From the IMG/VR virus record IMGVR_UViG_2811995091_000080, positions 19,460 to 83,459 of that record: DNA of 64,000 nucleotides, one strand, 5' to 3'. The position numbers and the translations under genes are program-made. Positions 25,825-34,444 of this stretch are shown here, one piece after another. The notes below the pieces were generated by a model. That model was not told the origin of the DNA, did not search any database, and was given only the letters and a program-made list of their open reading frames with translations. Position 1 is the first letter of the stretch, and each line of letters begins with the position of its first letter. This stretch comes from a virus (lineage: Duplodnaviria; Caudoviricetes).

Positions 25825-26553
25825 CCGATTGGCAGAAAGGTGATCTGGCGCTGTATTCCGATGCCAGCCCCAGCGATGAACATTATGCGCCCCCGGAATT
25901 GCGCAAGGGAGCGGTCTATACCGTATCGGGCGTGGGCGTGGACGAGGCTGGAAACTCGGGCCTCTTCCTCTCGGAGCAAGAAAGCGACGGCTGCCTAGGC
26001 GGCTATCTCGCGTGGCGCTTCCGCAAGGTCACCCCCGACAAGGCAGACGAGTTCGACCGCGAAGTAATCGACCTCATGAACCGCAAGCCGGTGGGGGCGT
26101 AAGATGGGTGAATACACCTCCCCCGCGCAGATGCGCGCCGAACTCGCCAACGTCATCACCGACAAGGCTTTCCTTGATCGGGTCATCACTGACTATTTCA
26201 AGGCCAACCCGCCCGCGCCGGTTCCTGACTACGCGCCGGTCAAGGGCTTCCGCAAGAAGTCGCACTACGCGGCCCCTGCCAAGCAAGACATTATTCGGCA
26301 GGACGAGGACTATCATACGCACATGGAGCGCGGCTCTATGGCGCTTGGGCAGGCAATCGAGACAATGCTTGCTGGCGGCACCCCTCGCACCCCTAGCGAC
26401 CTTTGCTGGCTTCGCGCCAGTGGTGCGGACGCTGGACACGGCACAAGCGAACGCGATGCGATCCCCCAGCCCACTTACAAGCATGTCACCTACAGCACGC
26501 CCTGCATGAAGTGCGGCGCGGCCCGTTCGTGCGCTCACAGGGGCGGCGAATAA
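25821..26553 (+). other. Two hypothetical early-right genes (25821..26102, 26104..26553)
   Basis: Coupled ORFs; the second ends in a CxxC..C-H motif. Confidence 0.55.
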
Positions 26554-26861
26554 TGGGCAAGCCAAGCCGGGACAAGGGCGCTCGATATGAGCGAGAGCTG
26601 GTGCAGGACTTCGCCGCCTTCGGGCTGCGTTCGCGCCGTGTGCCGCTGTCCGGTGCCACCGAATACGCCAAGAACGATGTTGAGGTGGTCGCTGGCTATG
26701 ACGGCAAGACCGTGTTCAGCGGGGAAGCCAAGCGCCGCAAGGCCCTGCCCAAGTTCTTCACCGAAGCACTCGACGGCGCGGACTTCGCAGCCTTCCGCCA
26801 GGACCATGGCGAAACGCTCATTGTCCTGCGCCTTAAGACATTTGCCGAGCTGCTCCAGTGA
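26553..26861 (+). CDS. Holliday junction resolvase (Hjc-like PD-(D/E)XK)
   Basis: SRDKGARYERE..G.R..RVPLSGA..D..GEAK. Confidence 0.8.
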   Translation: MGKPSRDKGARYERELVQDFAAFGLRSRRVPLSGATEYAKNDVEVVAGYDGKTVFSGEAKRRKALPKFFTEALDGADFAAFRQDHGETLIVLRLKTFAELLQ

Positions 26862-27114
26862 CCGAGCGCCCCGTCATCCGCACCCGCAAGCGGTGTCTCG
26901 AAGACACCCGCCTAGCTGACGCTGCCTTCGATGCGGAGGTGTTTGGCGCGAAGTCGGCTGCGCGGTGCCGGGGGCAACTGGAAACGCTGAAATCAAAGAG
27001 CTTTCGCGAGGTGCCGAAATGAAATGGCTCACTCGCATCATCACTGCTTCCCAATGGGGCCGGGAAGCAGCTGTCCCTTCCGATCCCGGCCCCTCCACAG
27101 AAGGAATGAAAACA

Positions 27115-27984
27115 ATGGCTTCAGTTAGCACACTTTTGCCGAAAAGTAAACCGCAAGCGGGCACTGTCCACTGGCTCAACGAGGCGATCGAGCGAGGCAA
27201 GAAGGGGGTGTTCACCGAGCTTGTGACAGTAACCCCCGGCCTCGCTGGAGAGTTGCTGCGGCGCAACGGTGGGAACCGAGGAATTAAGCCCATTAAAGCA
27301 AGCCAATACGCGAGCGATATGGCGCAGGGGCGTTGGACCCTCAATGGTGAGCCCATAATTGTAGCGGACACCGGCGAGCTCAATGACGGCCAGCATCGAA
27401 TGCAGGGTGTCATCGATGCGAACGTGTCCGTGCCATTGCTCTTTGTTTTCGGGGTGAGCCGTGAAAGCCGCAAAACTGTAGATCAGGGTGCCGCGCGAAC
27501 GGCAGGCGATTACATCGCCATGGACGGCATCAGGAATGCTTCTACCGTCGCCGGGTTGATCCGCCTGCTTATGGGGTATGAGGCTTCGGAAGGGAAAAGC
27601 TTCAGCCGCCCCGCAGAGTTTTCGAACGCGGAAGTCCGTGCTCGTGCCATGAATGATGCGGATACGGTAGCTTCGGCTGATTACGCGCAGTCGGTCGCGA
27701 AGTACACAAAGGGACTTATAAACCCCTCTCTCGTCGGAACTTGCCACTACCTTTTGTCGGAAATTCATCCGGGCGATGCACTGACGTATCTCAATCAGGT
27801 TTGCATTGGCGAAGAGATAAAGCGCGGCGATCCTGCGTTCGCTGTTCGCGATGCGCTTTCTCGGCTTGAAAAAGGCGGCAACATGCCGCGTGCTGAGTTG
27901 ATTATGAGGGGGTGGAATGCGTTCCGCTCTAGCCGCCGCCTTACCCTTGCTAAGCGTCTTGGCAATCTTCCGGCCCTAGTGTGA
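27115..27984 (+). CDS. ParB-fold (DGQHR-motif) protein
   Basis: NR..K..YASDM..G.W..NGEPI...DGQHR. Confidence 0.7.
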   Translation: MASVSTLLPKSKPQAGTVHWLNEAIERGKKGVFTELVTVTPGLAGELLRRNGGNRGIKPIKASQYASDMAQGRWTLNGEPIIVADTGELNDGQHRMQGVIDANVSVPLLFVFGVSRESRKTVDQGAARTAGDYIAMDGIRNASTVAGLIRLLMGYEASEGKSFSRPAEFSNAEVRARAMNDADTVASADYAQSVAKYTKGLINPSLVGTCHYLLSEIHPGDALTYLNQVCIGEEIKRGDPAFAVRDALSRLEKGGNMPRAELIMRGWNAFRSSRRLTLAKRLGNLPALV

Positions 27985-28652
27985 TGAAAATTATTACACT
28001 TCATCCTGAAGACGTTACCGTATGGGGCAACCGTAAGCGGGGCATAGATCCCGCTGCGGTTGACCGCATAGCGGCGTCAATGGCCGACATTGGCCTTCGT
28101 CAACCGATCACCGTGCGCGTCTTGGACGAGCTAGAAATCGACGGCGAGATACTGTGCGGCGCTCCGGTCCTAGTGACCGGGGCGCACCGCCTAGCTGCGG
28201 CTAAAAAGCTTGGTTGGCAGGCTATCGACTGCATCGAGATTGAAGGCGACGAGATCGACGCCGAACTTTGGGAAATCAGCGAGAACCTACACCGACTCGA
28301 CCTTAGTAAAGAGCAACGGGACGAGCATGTGCGGCGCTACGCAGAATTGAAAGAGGCGCGGCGTGTTCAAGGCGGCCAAAGTGTCCAACTTGAAAGTAAG
28401 CGTGAGGACGGTCGCGGGCATCAGCGCAAGTCGGTCGCCACAGAAGTAGCGGAAGAAACTGGCCTAAGCGCCCGCACTGTTCGTCGTATCCTACATAACG
28501 AACCGAGCAAGGCCCCTCCCCGCGAAGTTTATGACGAACGAGAGGCCCGACGCGGGCGCGCGATGAATGCCTGGAACAAACTCGATGAGGAGGATCGAGC
28601 TTGGTTCCGGGACTGGATCGACACCCCAATCATGGACAGCCGCTATGACTGA
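27981..28652 (+). CDS. ParB/Srx N-terminal domain protein with C-terminal HTH
   Basis: IAASMADIGLRQPITV, LVTGAHRLAA, ISENLHRLDL. Confidence 0.85.
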   Translation: MMKIITLHPEDVTVWGNRKRGIDPAAVDRIAASMADIGLRQPITVRVLDELEIDGEILCGAPVLVTGAHRLAAAKKLGWQAIDCIEIEGDEIDAELWEISENLHRLDLSKEQRDEHVRRYAELKEARRVQGGQSVQLESKREDGRGHQRKSVATEVAEETGLSARTVRRILHNEPSKAPPREVYDEREARRGRAMNAWNKLDEEDRAWFRDWIDTPIMDSRYD

Positions 28653-28992
28653 ATCGCAGGTTTATTTTCTGCGCGCCCCTAGCGTCGGGCTGCTTAAAAT
28701 CGGCAGGTCAATCGACATTGAGCGTCGCCTCTCTGAAATCCGGCTTATCAGCCCGGTTAAGCTGGAGCTTCTCGGATACGTGTCGGGCGATTGGTCAGTC
28801 GAGACTGCCTATCACCGTCGATGGCACGGCCTCCGCCAGCATGGCGAATGGTTCACCGAAACAGCCGAACTGCGAGCAGCACTCGAATGCGACATCGTGT
28901 TGAACGCATGGAACCGCGCCAGCGCTGAGGCCCGCGAAATGGCCCTGGAGCAGATGGACGGCCCTGTGATGGACAATTGCCGTGCGGGATGA
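28645..28992 (+). CDS. GIY-YIG nuclease (T5orf172/MUG113-like)
   Basis: VYFLR..KIGRS.D...RL, E..H..W..R.HGEWF. Confidence 0.85.
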   Translation: MTESQVYFLRAPSVGLLKIGRSIDIERRLSEIRLISPVKLELLGYVSGDWSVETAYHRRWHGLRQHGEWFTETAELRAALECDIVLNAWNRASAEAREMALEQMDGPVMDNCRAG

Positions 28993-29121
28993 AGTCAAGT
29001 TCCTCCGCGCCGCGCTTCAAGAAATAGCGCGCTTTGGCCGTGGCGATGGTCACGGGCGCGGGTGGACGTGTGCAACCAAGGCGTTGGACGCCTTGAACGA
29101 TCCTAGGGGGATGCCGAAAAA

Positions 29122-29784
29122 ATGAGCGTCCGAGTAATGACCGCAGTGTGGGAAATAGACCTCCCGGCAAGCGATAAGATCGTTTTGCTGGCGCTTGCCG
29201 ATTGCGCGAATGACGAGGGCAAGTGCTGGCCGGGAATGACCACTCTTGCGCAGAAATGCAGCAAGGGCGAGCGCACAATCCAAGCTTCGATCAAGCGCCT
29301 AGTGGCAGCGGGGCATCTGTCCCGCAAAGAGGTTCTTGGGCGCGGCTGCAAATACGTTGTTCACCCCCGCAAAGATTGCGCCCCCGCAGAAAATGCGCCC
29401 CCGCAGAAATTGACGAAAACCCCCGCAAAATCTGCGGGCAAACCGTCAAGAACCGTCAATGGTTGTTCTAACGAACAACACGAGCGGGTGAAGGGTTGGC
29501 CTGAAATACCCGATTGGGTTCCGGTGGCCGAGTGGAACGGCTTTGTTCGGATGCGGAGGGCCATTCGCAAGCCTCTGACCGACCGTGCGGTAACCACCAT
29601 CATCCGCAAGCTAGATCGCTTCCGCGCCAATGGGCACGACCCCGGCGCGGTCCTCGATACCTCCACGGAAAACAGTTGGGCAGGAATTTTCGAACCAAGG
29701 ACAGCAGCCAATGACTACCGCAATTCAAAACCGACCGGCACAGCCAATGCAGCCCAGCGCGCCATCGCCAGCCTCGGTGGCTGA
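29122..29784 (+). CDS. Replication initiator (HTH, lambda O-like)
   Basis: KIVLLALAD.AN..G.CWPG..TLA..C...RTIQ; C-terminal W..F..MR..KP.T. Confidence 0.85.
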   Translation: MSVRVMTAVWEIDLPASDKIVLLALADCANDEGKCWPGMTTLAQKCSKGERTIQASIKRLVAAGHLSRKEVLGRGCKYVVHPRKDCAPAENAPPQKLTKTPAKSAGKPSRTVNGCSNEQHERVKGWPEIPDWVPVAEWNGFVRMRRAIRKPLTDRAVTTIIRKLDRFRANGHDPGAVLDTSTENSWAGIFEPRTAANDYRNSKPTGTANAAQRAIASLGG

Positions 29785-30360
29785 GCGTGTCTCGATCCTG
29801 TCGGCCTGCCTCGCTAGGGTTCGCCCCGCTGGCATGTCCGACGACGCGGCGCACGAATGGCTGACGGTCTGCGCAACGGACGTTGCCCACCTGCCCGCCT
29901 CGGTGTTGCAGCAGGCAGCGCGGGAGGCTGGCCGCACGGTGACGCATCACGGCCAGATTATCCCGGCGATCCTCGGCAGCTTCACGGTCAAGAGCCACGA
30001 ACAGCACGAACGCACGGTGCGCCAGTTGCAGCGGGATGGACACCAACTGCCAGGACGGACTGCGCCTGCGCTGACTGACGGGCGCGGCGGCACCAAGCAA
30101 ATCGGGCAGGTCAAGGCATTGGCGGAACATCGTGGCTGATGCCCCGGCAGACCATTCCGGCACCCGGCTACACCCGCATATCCGGCAACCGCGCCCCGCC
30201 CAAAGCATGGGGCGACAAGCTGTGGGTGCAAATCCGCAACGGTTTTACCGACGTATCGCCGTGGCCGGTGGAGACCACGCGCTGGCGATGGGAGCGGGAC
30301 GAGGCGGGCAGCGTGATCGAGCATCCCGGCGATGTGGTCGCGGTGCGCAAGGTGGATTGA
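29777..30360 (+). other. Two genes after initiator (29777..30139 helicase-loader position; 30139..30360 hypothetical)
   Basis: Synteny only. Confidence 0.45.
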
Positions 30361-30656
30361 AACAGGCGGGAAGGAATTGAGGATGGTGAAGAGTTTGCTG
30401 ATCGGCATTGGGATGGGCTTCGTCACCGGGACAGTCGGCCATTGGTTCGGACTGAATACGGTCCAGACCTTGTGCCTGACTATTCCCGCATACCTCGCCG
30501 GGGTGTCGGTCATGTGGCCCCGCGGGAGCGCCGCCTAATGGCTGAGGACATACTGAAATACCAAGCAGGCCGAGAGGCAGCAATACGCGGGGATAAGCGC
30601 GACGCACGCAAGCATTCTGACTGGTTGGAAGGCTATGATGCAGTGGCAGGAGATAG

Positions 30657-31403
30657 GTGATGGAAGAAGTGCGCGCCTTGTCGATGTTTTCCGGGTGCGG
30701 CGCGCTAGATCTCGGTCTGGAGCGGGCAGGAATATCTGTCGTCGCGCAGTGCGAGATAGAGCCGCACGCAATCGGGGTGCTTGGAAGGCACTGGCCCGAT
30801 ACGCCGAACCTTGGGGACGTCCGAACGGCACCCTTTCACGAAGTCACAGCAGAAATGGTCGCTGCCGGCTTCCCTTGTCAGGATATAAGCAATGCAGGAA
30901 ACCGCGCCGGAATTGAGGGTGAACGCAGCGGGCTTTGGTCCGAAGTCGTGCGAGCCATTAGCCTGGTACAGCCGCAGTGGGTCTTGCTGGAAAACGTGGC
31001 AGCACTGCTTAGTCGAGGATTGGGGAGGGTTCTCGGAGACTTGGCCGCGCTCGGGTTTGATGCTGTCTGGCATTGCATACCGGCTTCCCACGTTGGCGCG
31101 CCCCATAACCGCGACCGCATCTGGATCACGGCTGCTTCCCACGCCCTCGGGGGTGAACGGTGGGCGAAACCATACTGTCGGACGCTTGGACGAATGGGGC
31201 GGGAGCAGCAATCCGTTCCGTGGGACCGAGATTGGCAAAGTGCGCTGTGCGAGCTTCGAGGAATGGATGATGGGTCTGCCTATCGGGTGGACCGAATTGA
31301 TACCCTCCGAAACGCGGTTGTCCCGCAAATCGCGGAAACCATCGGGCGGGCTATAATCGCGGCTAATCGCGCGATCTCCACTGACACAGCGGGAAGGGAA
31401 TAG
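30657..31403 (+). CDS. C5-cytosine DNA methyltransferase, alpha polypeptide (lacks motif IX)
   Basis: Motifs I FSGCG, IV GFPCQ, VI ENV, VIII PH.RDRIW, X LRNAVVPQ. Confidence 0.9.
   Translation: MMEEVRALSMFSGCGALDLGLERAGISVVAQCEIEPHAIGVLGRHWPDTPNLGDVRTAPFHEVTAEMVAAGFPCQDISNAGNRAGIEGERSGLWSEVVRAISLVQPQWVLLENVAALLSRGLGRVLGDLAALGFDAVWHCIPASHVGAPHNRDRIWITAASHALGGERWAKPYCRTLGRMGREQQSVPWDRDWQSALCELRGMDDGSAYRVDRIDTLRNAVVPQIAETIGRAIIAANRAISTDTAGRE
30892..31356 (+). CDS. Nested +1-frame ORF: putative methyltransferase beta polypeptide carrying motif IX (start uncertain)
   Basis: 154-codon open frame entirely inside the MTase gene containing 'TWPRSG.M.SG..Y.LP', 'LLPTP' and 'FEEWMMGLPIGWT'. Confidence 0.7.
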   Translation: MQETAPELRVNAAGFGPKSCEPLAWYSRSGSCWKTWQHCLVEDWGGFSETWPRSGLMLSGIAYRLPTLARPITATASGSRLLPTPSGVNGGRNHTVGRLDEWGGSSNPFRGTEIGKVRCASFEEWMMGLPIGWTELIPSETRLSRKSRKPSGGL

Positions 31404-31406
31404 ATC

Positions 31407-31736
31407 ATGGCAAAGCAAACGGTAATTGGGCGATGCCTACGGCCCGCGCTGGCACGGCTTCGCCGCTCGACCCGCTACGCGGTTCTCGGCCTAGCTGCCA
31501 TCGCTATCGCGGGGTGTAGTGAGGTTGCCAAAGAAACTAAGGATGCAGTGGCGCTTGAGGACATGGGGGCAAAGGCGGCGTTTCGCGGTTTGGCGGAAGA
31601 TGAGTGGCGCGCGGTGGTGGTTTTCAAAGACCCCGAGACTGGCTGCGAATACCTCATCAACGATGGCACCCGAGAGGGCGGCATGACCATTCGGATCGGC
31701 AGTGACGGTCGGCCTATCTGTTCGGAGGGGAAGTAA
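31407..31736 (+). CDS. Predicted lipoprotein (DUF6440-like)
   Basis: Lipobox IAGC; DPETGCEYL..GG.T.R..DG.P.C. Confidence 0.6.
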   Translation: MAKQTVIGRCLRPALARLRRSTRYAVLGLAAIAIAGCSEVAKETKDAVALEDMGAKAAFRGLAEDEWRAVVVFKDPETGCEYLINDGTREGGMTIRIGSDGRPICSEGK

Positions 31737-31737
31737 C

Positions 31738-32370
31738 ATGGCAAAGCGCAAGGGCGACCCACTGGCAAAGCGCCGCGATGAAACGGACGCGCAGTGGCGT
31801 GCCCGCGTAGCACGGTCGCAGGAGACCCGCCGCAAGCAGGGCGAGGGCATCGTGACGCCTGAGACACTGGCGCAGGGTGGCTTGGTCAAGGGTAGCGCGC
31901 CCGACCAAAGCCGCGCCCCCACCTACTACCGCAAGAGTCGTTCCGCGCTCGAATACATGCGCCAGCGCGGCAGCCTCACCGATGAGCAGTATTACAGCGC
32001 CCAGCGGATCGCCCAGGTGGCCGAAATGCTGCAATCGAGCGTATCGGGTAGTTGCGCCAGCATGGAGGCTCGCGTGGACTGTTCCGGCAGCGCAAGGGAC
32101 GCCTTGAACGAAAGCCTTTATCGCGTTCGGGCTGAAGCGGCCTACACCGAATGGCGCAGCAAGCTTCCCCTGCCCCGCCGCATGGTTATCGACATGGTGA
32201 CGCAGGACGCTGGCCTAGCAGAGATTGCCGCCGAGCATAACATGGGCTGGCCCAAGGCGCGCAAGATGCTGGTGGCTGCGCTGGACGCATGGCCGGAGGT
32301 TTTCGGCAGGTATGTGAAGGGCATCGACCAAGAGGATTTGGACGCACAGCACGCGAGGTTGAGGGCATGA
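31738..32370 (+). CDS. Late-gene activator/antiterminator candidate (Q-position, DUF6456-like)
   Basis: Last early-right gene before the late region; C-terminal HTH-like 'GLAEIAAEHNMGWPKARKML'. Confidence 0.6.
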   Translation: MAKRKGDPLAKRRDETDAQWRARVARSQETRRKQGEGIVTPETLAQGGLVKGSAPDQSRAPTYYRKSRSALEYMRQRGSLTDEQYYSAQRIAQVAEMLQSSVSGSCASMEARVDCSGSARDALNESLYRVRAEAAYTEWRSKLPLPRRMVIDMVTQDAGLAEIAAEHNMGWPKARKMLVAALDAWPEVFGRYVKGIDQEDLDAQHARLRA

Positions 32371-32606
32371 ACAAAATATGCCCATAGCGCGAACAAAGGG
32401 GGTTGACCAGCAATGTGAATTAGGCTATGGGAGGAACATACGGAATTGCGCCCGCAGGGTATCCCTCTAGCCGAAAGCGAGGTGATCCAATCTACCGTTA
32501 GGTGTGAGGCGCAACCGAAACGAGATTGCTGCGGACACGGTATCCAGCCCGTCACGAAGTAATGCGCGGTCTTGAGCCGTATCGCTTCGACCGCAGTAAC
32601 CCTAAG

Positions 32607-32640
32607 CGCCCTGCCCTAACCGGCGGGGCGTTTCTCTATT
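32607..32640 (+). terminator. Intrinsic terminator after putative late promoter (TTGACC at 32403)
   Basis: 9-bp stem CGCCCTGCC/GGCGGGGCG followed by TTTCTCTATT. Confidence 0.65.
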
Positions 32641-32818
32641 GGGCCTCGGTCCAGCCCGCACCTCCAAAAGCATCAGCGGCTACGAGCATTATCGAGCAGG
32701 GTTGGTTGCGGGCAAACATACTGGCGGATAGCGGGGCTTCCGATAGGTCGCCGCCACAGCGCACCCATAGGGTCGGCACACCACGGTAAGGCGCACCCGC
32801 ACTAATACGGGGGACAGG

Positions 32819-33028
32819 ATGAACGATCTAACGATCCCCCAGCATGACGCAGAGACGGTTCGCCTGACATGCCTGGAGGCAGCCACGGCGCTAAACTGCA
32901 TGAGGGAAGAACCGAAGGACGCAGCCGGTGTGGGGGACGACGCCACGCTGTTTGAGTTCTACGTAAGCAACGGGCAGTCTGTAGCGGTGTATTGCGGCAA
33001 CGGGCTTGAGCGGGTGATTAGGGGTTAA
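32819..33028 (+). CDS. Hypothetical 69-aa protein
   Basis: RBS GGGG/AGGA before ATG. Confidence 0.45.
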   Translation: MNDLTIPQHDAETVRLTCLEAATALNCMREEPKDAAGVGDDATLFEFYVSNGQSVAVYCGNGLERVIRG

Positions 33029-33215
33029 GATACCGCATTGGCAGGATGCCCTCGCCAAGCATTTCCATGATGATGGATGCTGGCCCGCTGACGGTTCTAG
33101 AGCCGTCCTCATAGCGGCGTATGGTGCGGCTGTCCGATAGGCGAAGAACGCGGGCAAGCTGACCTTGTGTAAGGTCAGCCCGCTCGCGGATTAATTTAAA
33201 TTCGGTGGGGGTCAT
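33018..33215 (-). CDS. XRE-family HTH protein (65 aa)
   Basis: MTPTEFKLIRERADLTQGQLARVL...TIRRYEDG. Confidence 0.85.
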   Translation of the reverse strand: MTPTEFKLIRERADLTQGQLARVLRLSDSRTIRRYEDGSRTVSGPASIIMEMLGEGILPMRYLNP

Positions 33216-33391
33216 GCCGCCAGTTTCCTCTGTGCCCACCTCTGCGCACCGGCGATGGTTTTTCCGGTCCAACGGATGGTGGTTATATCAGCGTCATGGA
33301 TGCCATTGCGTGCGTTTACGTAAAGGGTAGCCCACACACGCCCATCCTGCTCATTGATGACTACCGCCCGGTTCTCGTTGATGACTATCAT
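33212..33391 (-). CDS. 59-aa hypothetical protein coupled to the HTH gene
   Basis: RBS AAGGGA; ATGA overlap with 33215. Confidence 0.6.
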   Translation of the reverse strand: MIVINENRAVVINEQDGRVWATLYVNARNGIHDADITTIRWTGKTIAGAQRWAQRKLAA

Positions 33392-33441
33392 TTCGTTTTC
33401 CCTTTCGTGGTGGGCCATTGGCCCCTTGCTTCGATAAGTCT

Positions 33442-33470
33442 GTTCTAGGACCATTGGTCCGGGCTGGCAA
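33442..33470 (-). promoter_or_regulatory. Promoter TTGCCA-17-TAGAAC with palindromic operator GGACC-AAT-GGTCC in the spacer
   Basis: Palindrome at 33448..33460 between the -35 and -10 boxes. Confidence 0.65.
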
Positions 33471-33649
33471 GAGAAAAAGTGAGGGATTGTGAAAAAAGTT
33501 CGCAACCCCCACGCAACAGCACTGATACACCACAAGCCCCAGGTAATGGGCAAGCACCGCAAGCGCAGCAGATCGCAGCGCAGGCGGGATGCGATAGAGC
33601 GGGAGCAGCGCGGTGACTAAGCGCACACGCGGTCGCAAGTGGACGGCTT

Positions 33650-33985
33650 ATGCCTAACTCCCCGCCGGTCTTCATGAAGCGCCCAGAGCGCAAGGCATGG
33701 AGGCCAGAGAGTAAGCGCGACACAAACCGCATTAGGGGCAGCAAGGGGCAAAAGCTGCGCAAGAGGCGCATGGAGCGCACTAACTGGCTTTGTGAGGATT
33801 GCTCGGCAAAGGGCCTAGTCCGCACCGCTGATGTAGTGGACCACATCAAGCCACTTGCTCTTGGCGGCGAGGATGTTGACAGCAACACGCGCAATTTATG
33901 CAATGACTGCCATAAGGTCCGCACCAAGGAGCAGTTTGGGCGTAATACCCCGCCCCCAAGCAAAGTTGACAGACTGCGACCCTAG
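33650..33985 (+). CDS. Terminase-associated HNH endonuclease (HK97 gp74-like)
   Basis: LCEDC...VVDHIKPL..GG.D..SN..LCNDCH..T directly before terS. Confidence 0.9.
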   Translation: MPNSPPVFMKRPERKAWRPESKRDTNRIRGSKGQKLRKRRMERTNWLCEDCSAKGLVRTADVVDHIKPLALGGEDVDSNTRNLCNDCHKVRTKEQFGRNTPPPSKVDRLRP

Positions 33986-33989
33986 ACAC

Positions 33990-33999
33990 CGCCGCCCCA
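33990..33999. other. Putative cos site (CGCCGCCCCA)
   Basis: In the HNH-terS gap where HK97-type cos lies; resembles the HK97/HK022 10-nt 3' overhang as recalled from memory (CGCCGCCAAA, unverified). Confidence 0.45.
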
Positions 34000-34042
34000 G
34001 CAACATTTTCATATCCCCATAATTCGTTCGGAGGTTTTGACG

Positions 34043-34444
34043 ATGGCTCGACCACGCAAACCGACGCACCTCCATGTGGTCAGCGGGGCAGCAGCAAAGC
34101 ACCCTGACAGGATGCGTGAGCGCGAGGCGGAGCCTGTGACTGACGATGACATTCGCGGGATCGAGGCCCCGGATTATCTGGACGACGAGCTTGCGGCAAT
34201 CTGGCGCGAGGTGGCTGGGATGCTTCACGCGCGGGTCGCGTCCAACCCGGACATGATCGCGCTGGAGGCCCTTGTTAGGCTGGTCGCGCGAATGCGGACT
34301 GGCGAGATGTCGGCGGCGGACTACGCGCGTTTGCAAGGCTACCTTGGCGAGTTCGGCATGACGCCCGCTAGTCGGTCGAAGGTGTCGCAGGGCAAGAAGG
34401 CGGTCGAGAAGAAGGGCTTCGCCGCGCTCAAGGGTGCCGGGTGA
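34043..34444 (+). CDS. terS: Terminase small subunit (P27-like)
   Basis: MARPRKPT.L, APDYL..A..W, EFGMTPASRSKV. Confidence 0.9.
   Translation: MARPRKPTHLHVVSGAAAKHPDRMREREAEPVTDDDIRGIEAPDYLDDELAAIWREVAGMLHARVASNPDMIALEALVRLVARMRTGEMSAADYARLQGYLGEFGMTPASRSKVSQGKKAVEKKGFAALKGAG

Noticed and set aside
33546-33620. 24-aa Arg-rich ORF (MGKHRKRSRSQRRRDAIEREQRGD) as an N-like antiterminator peptide
   Set aside because: No convincing RBS, no second copy to test conservation, and no boxA/boxB identified; too weak to call.
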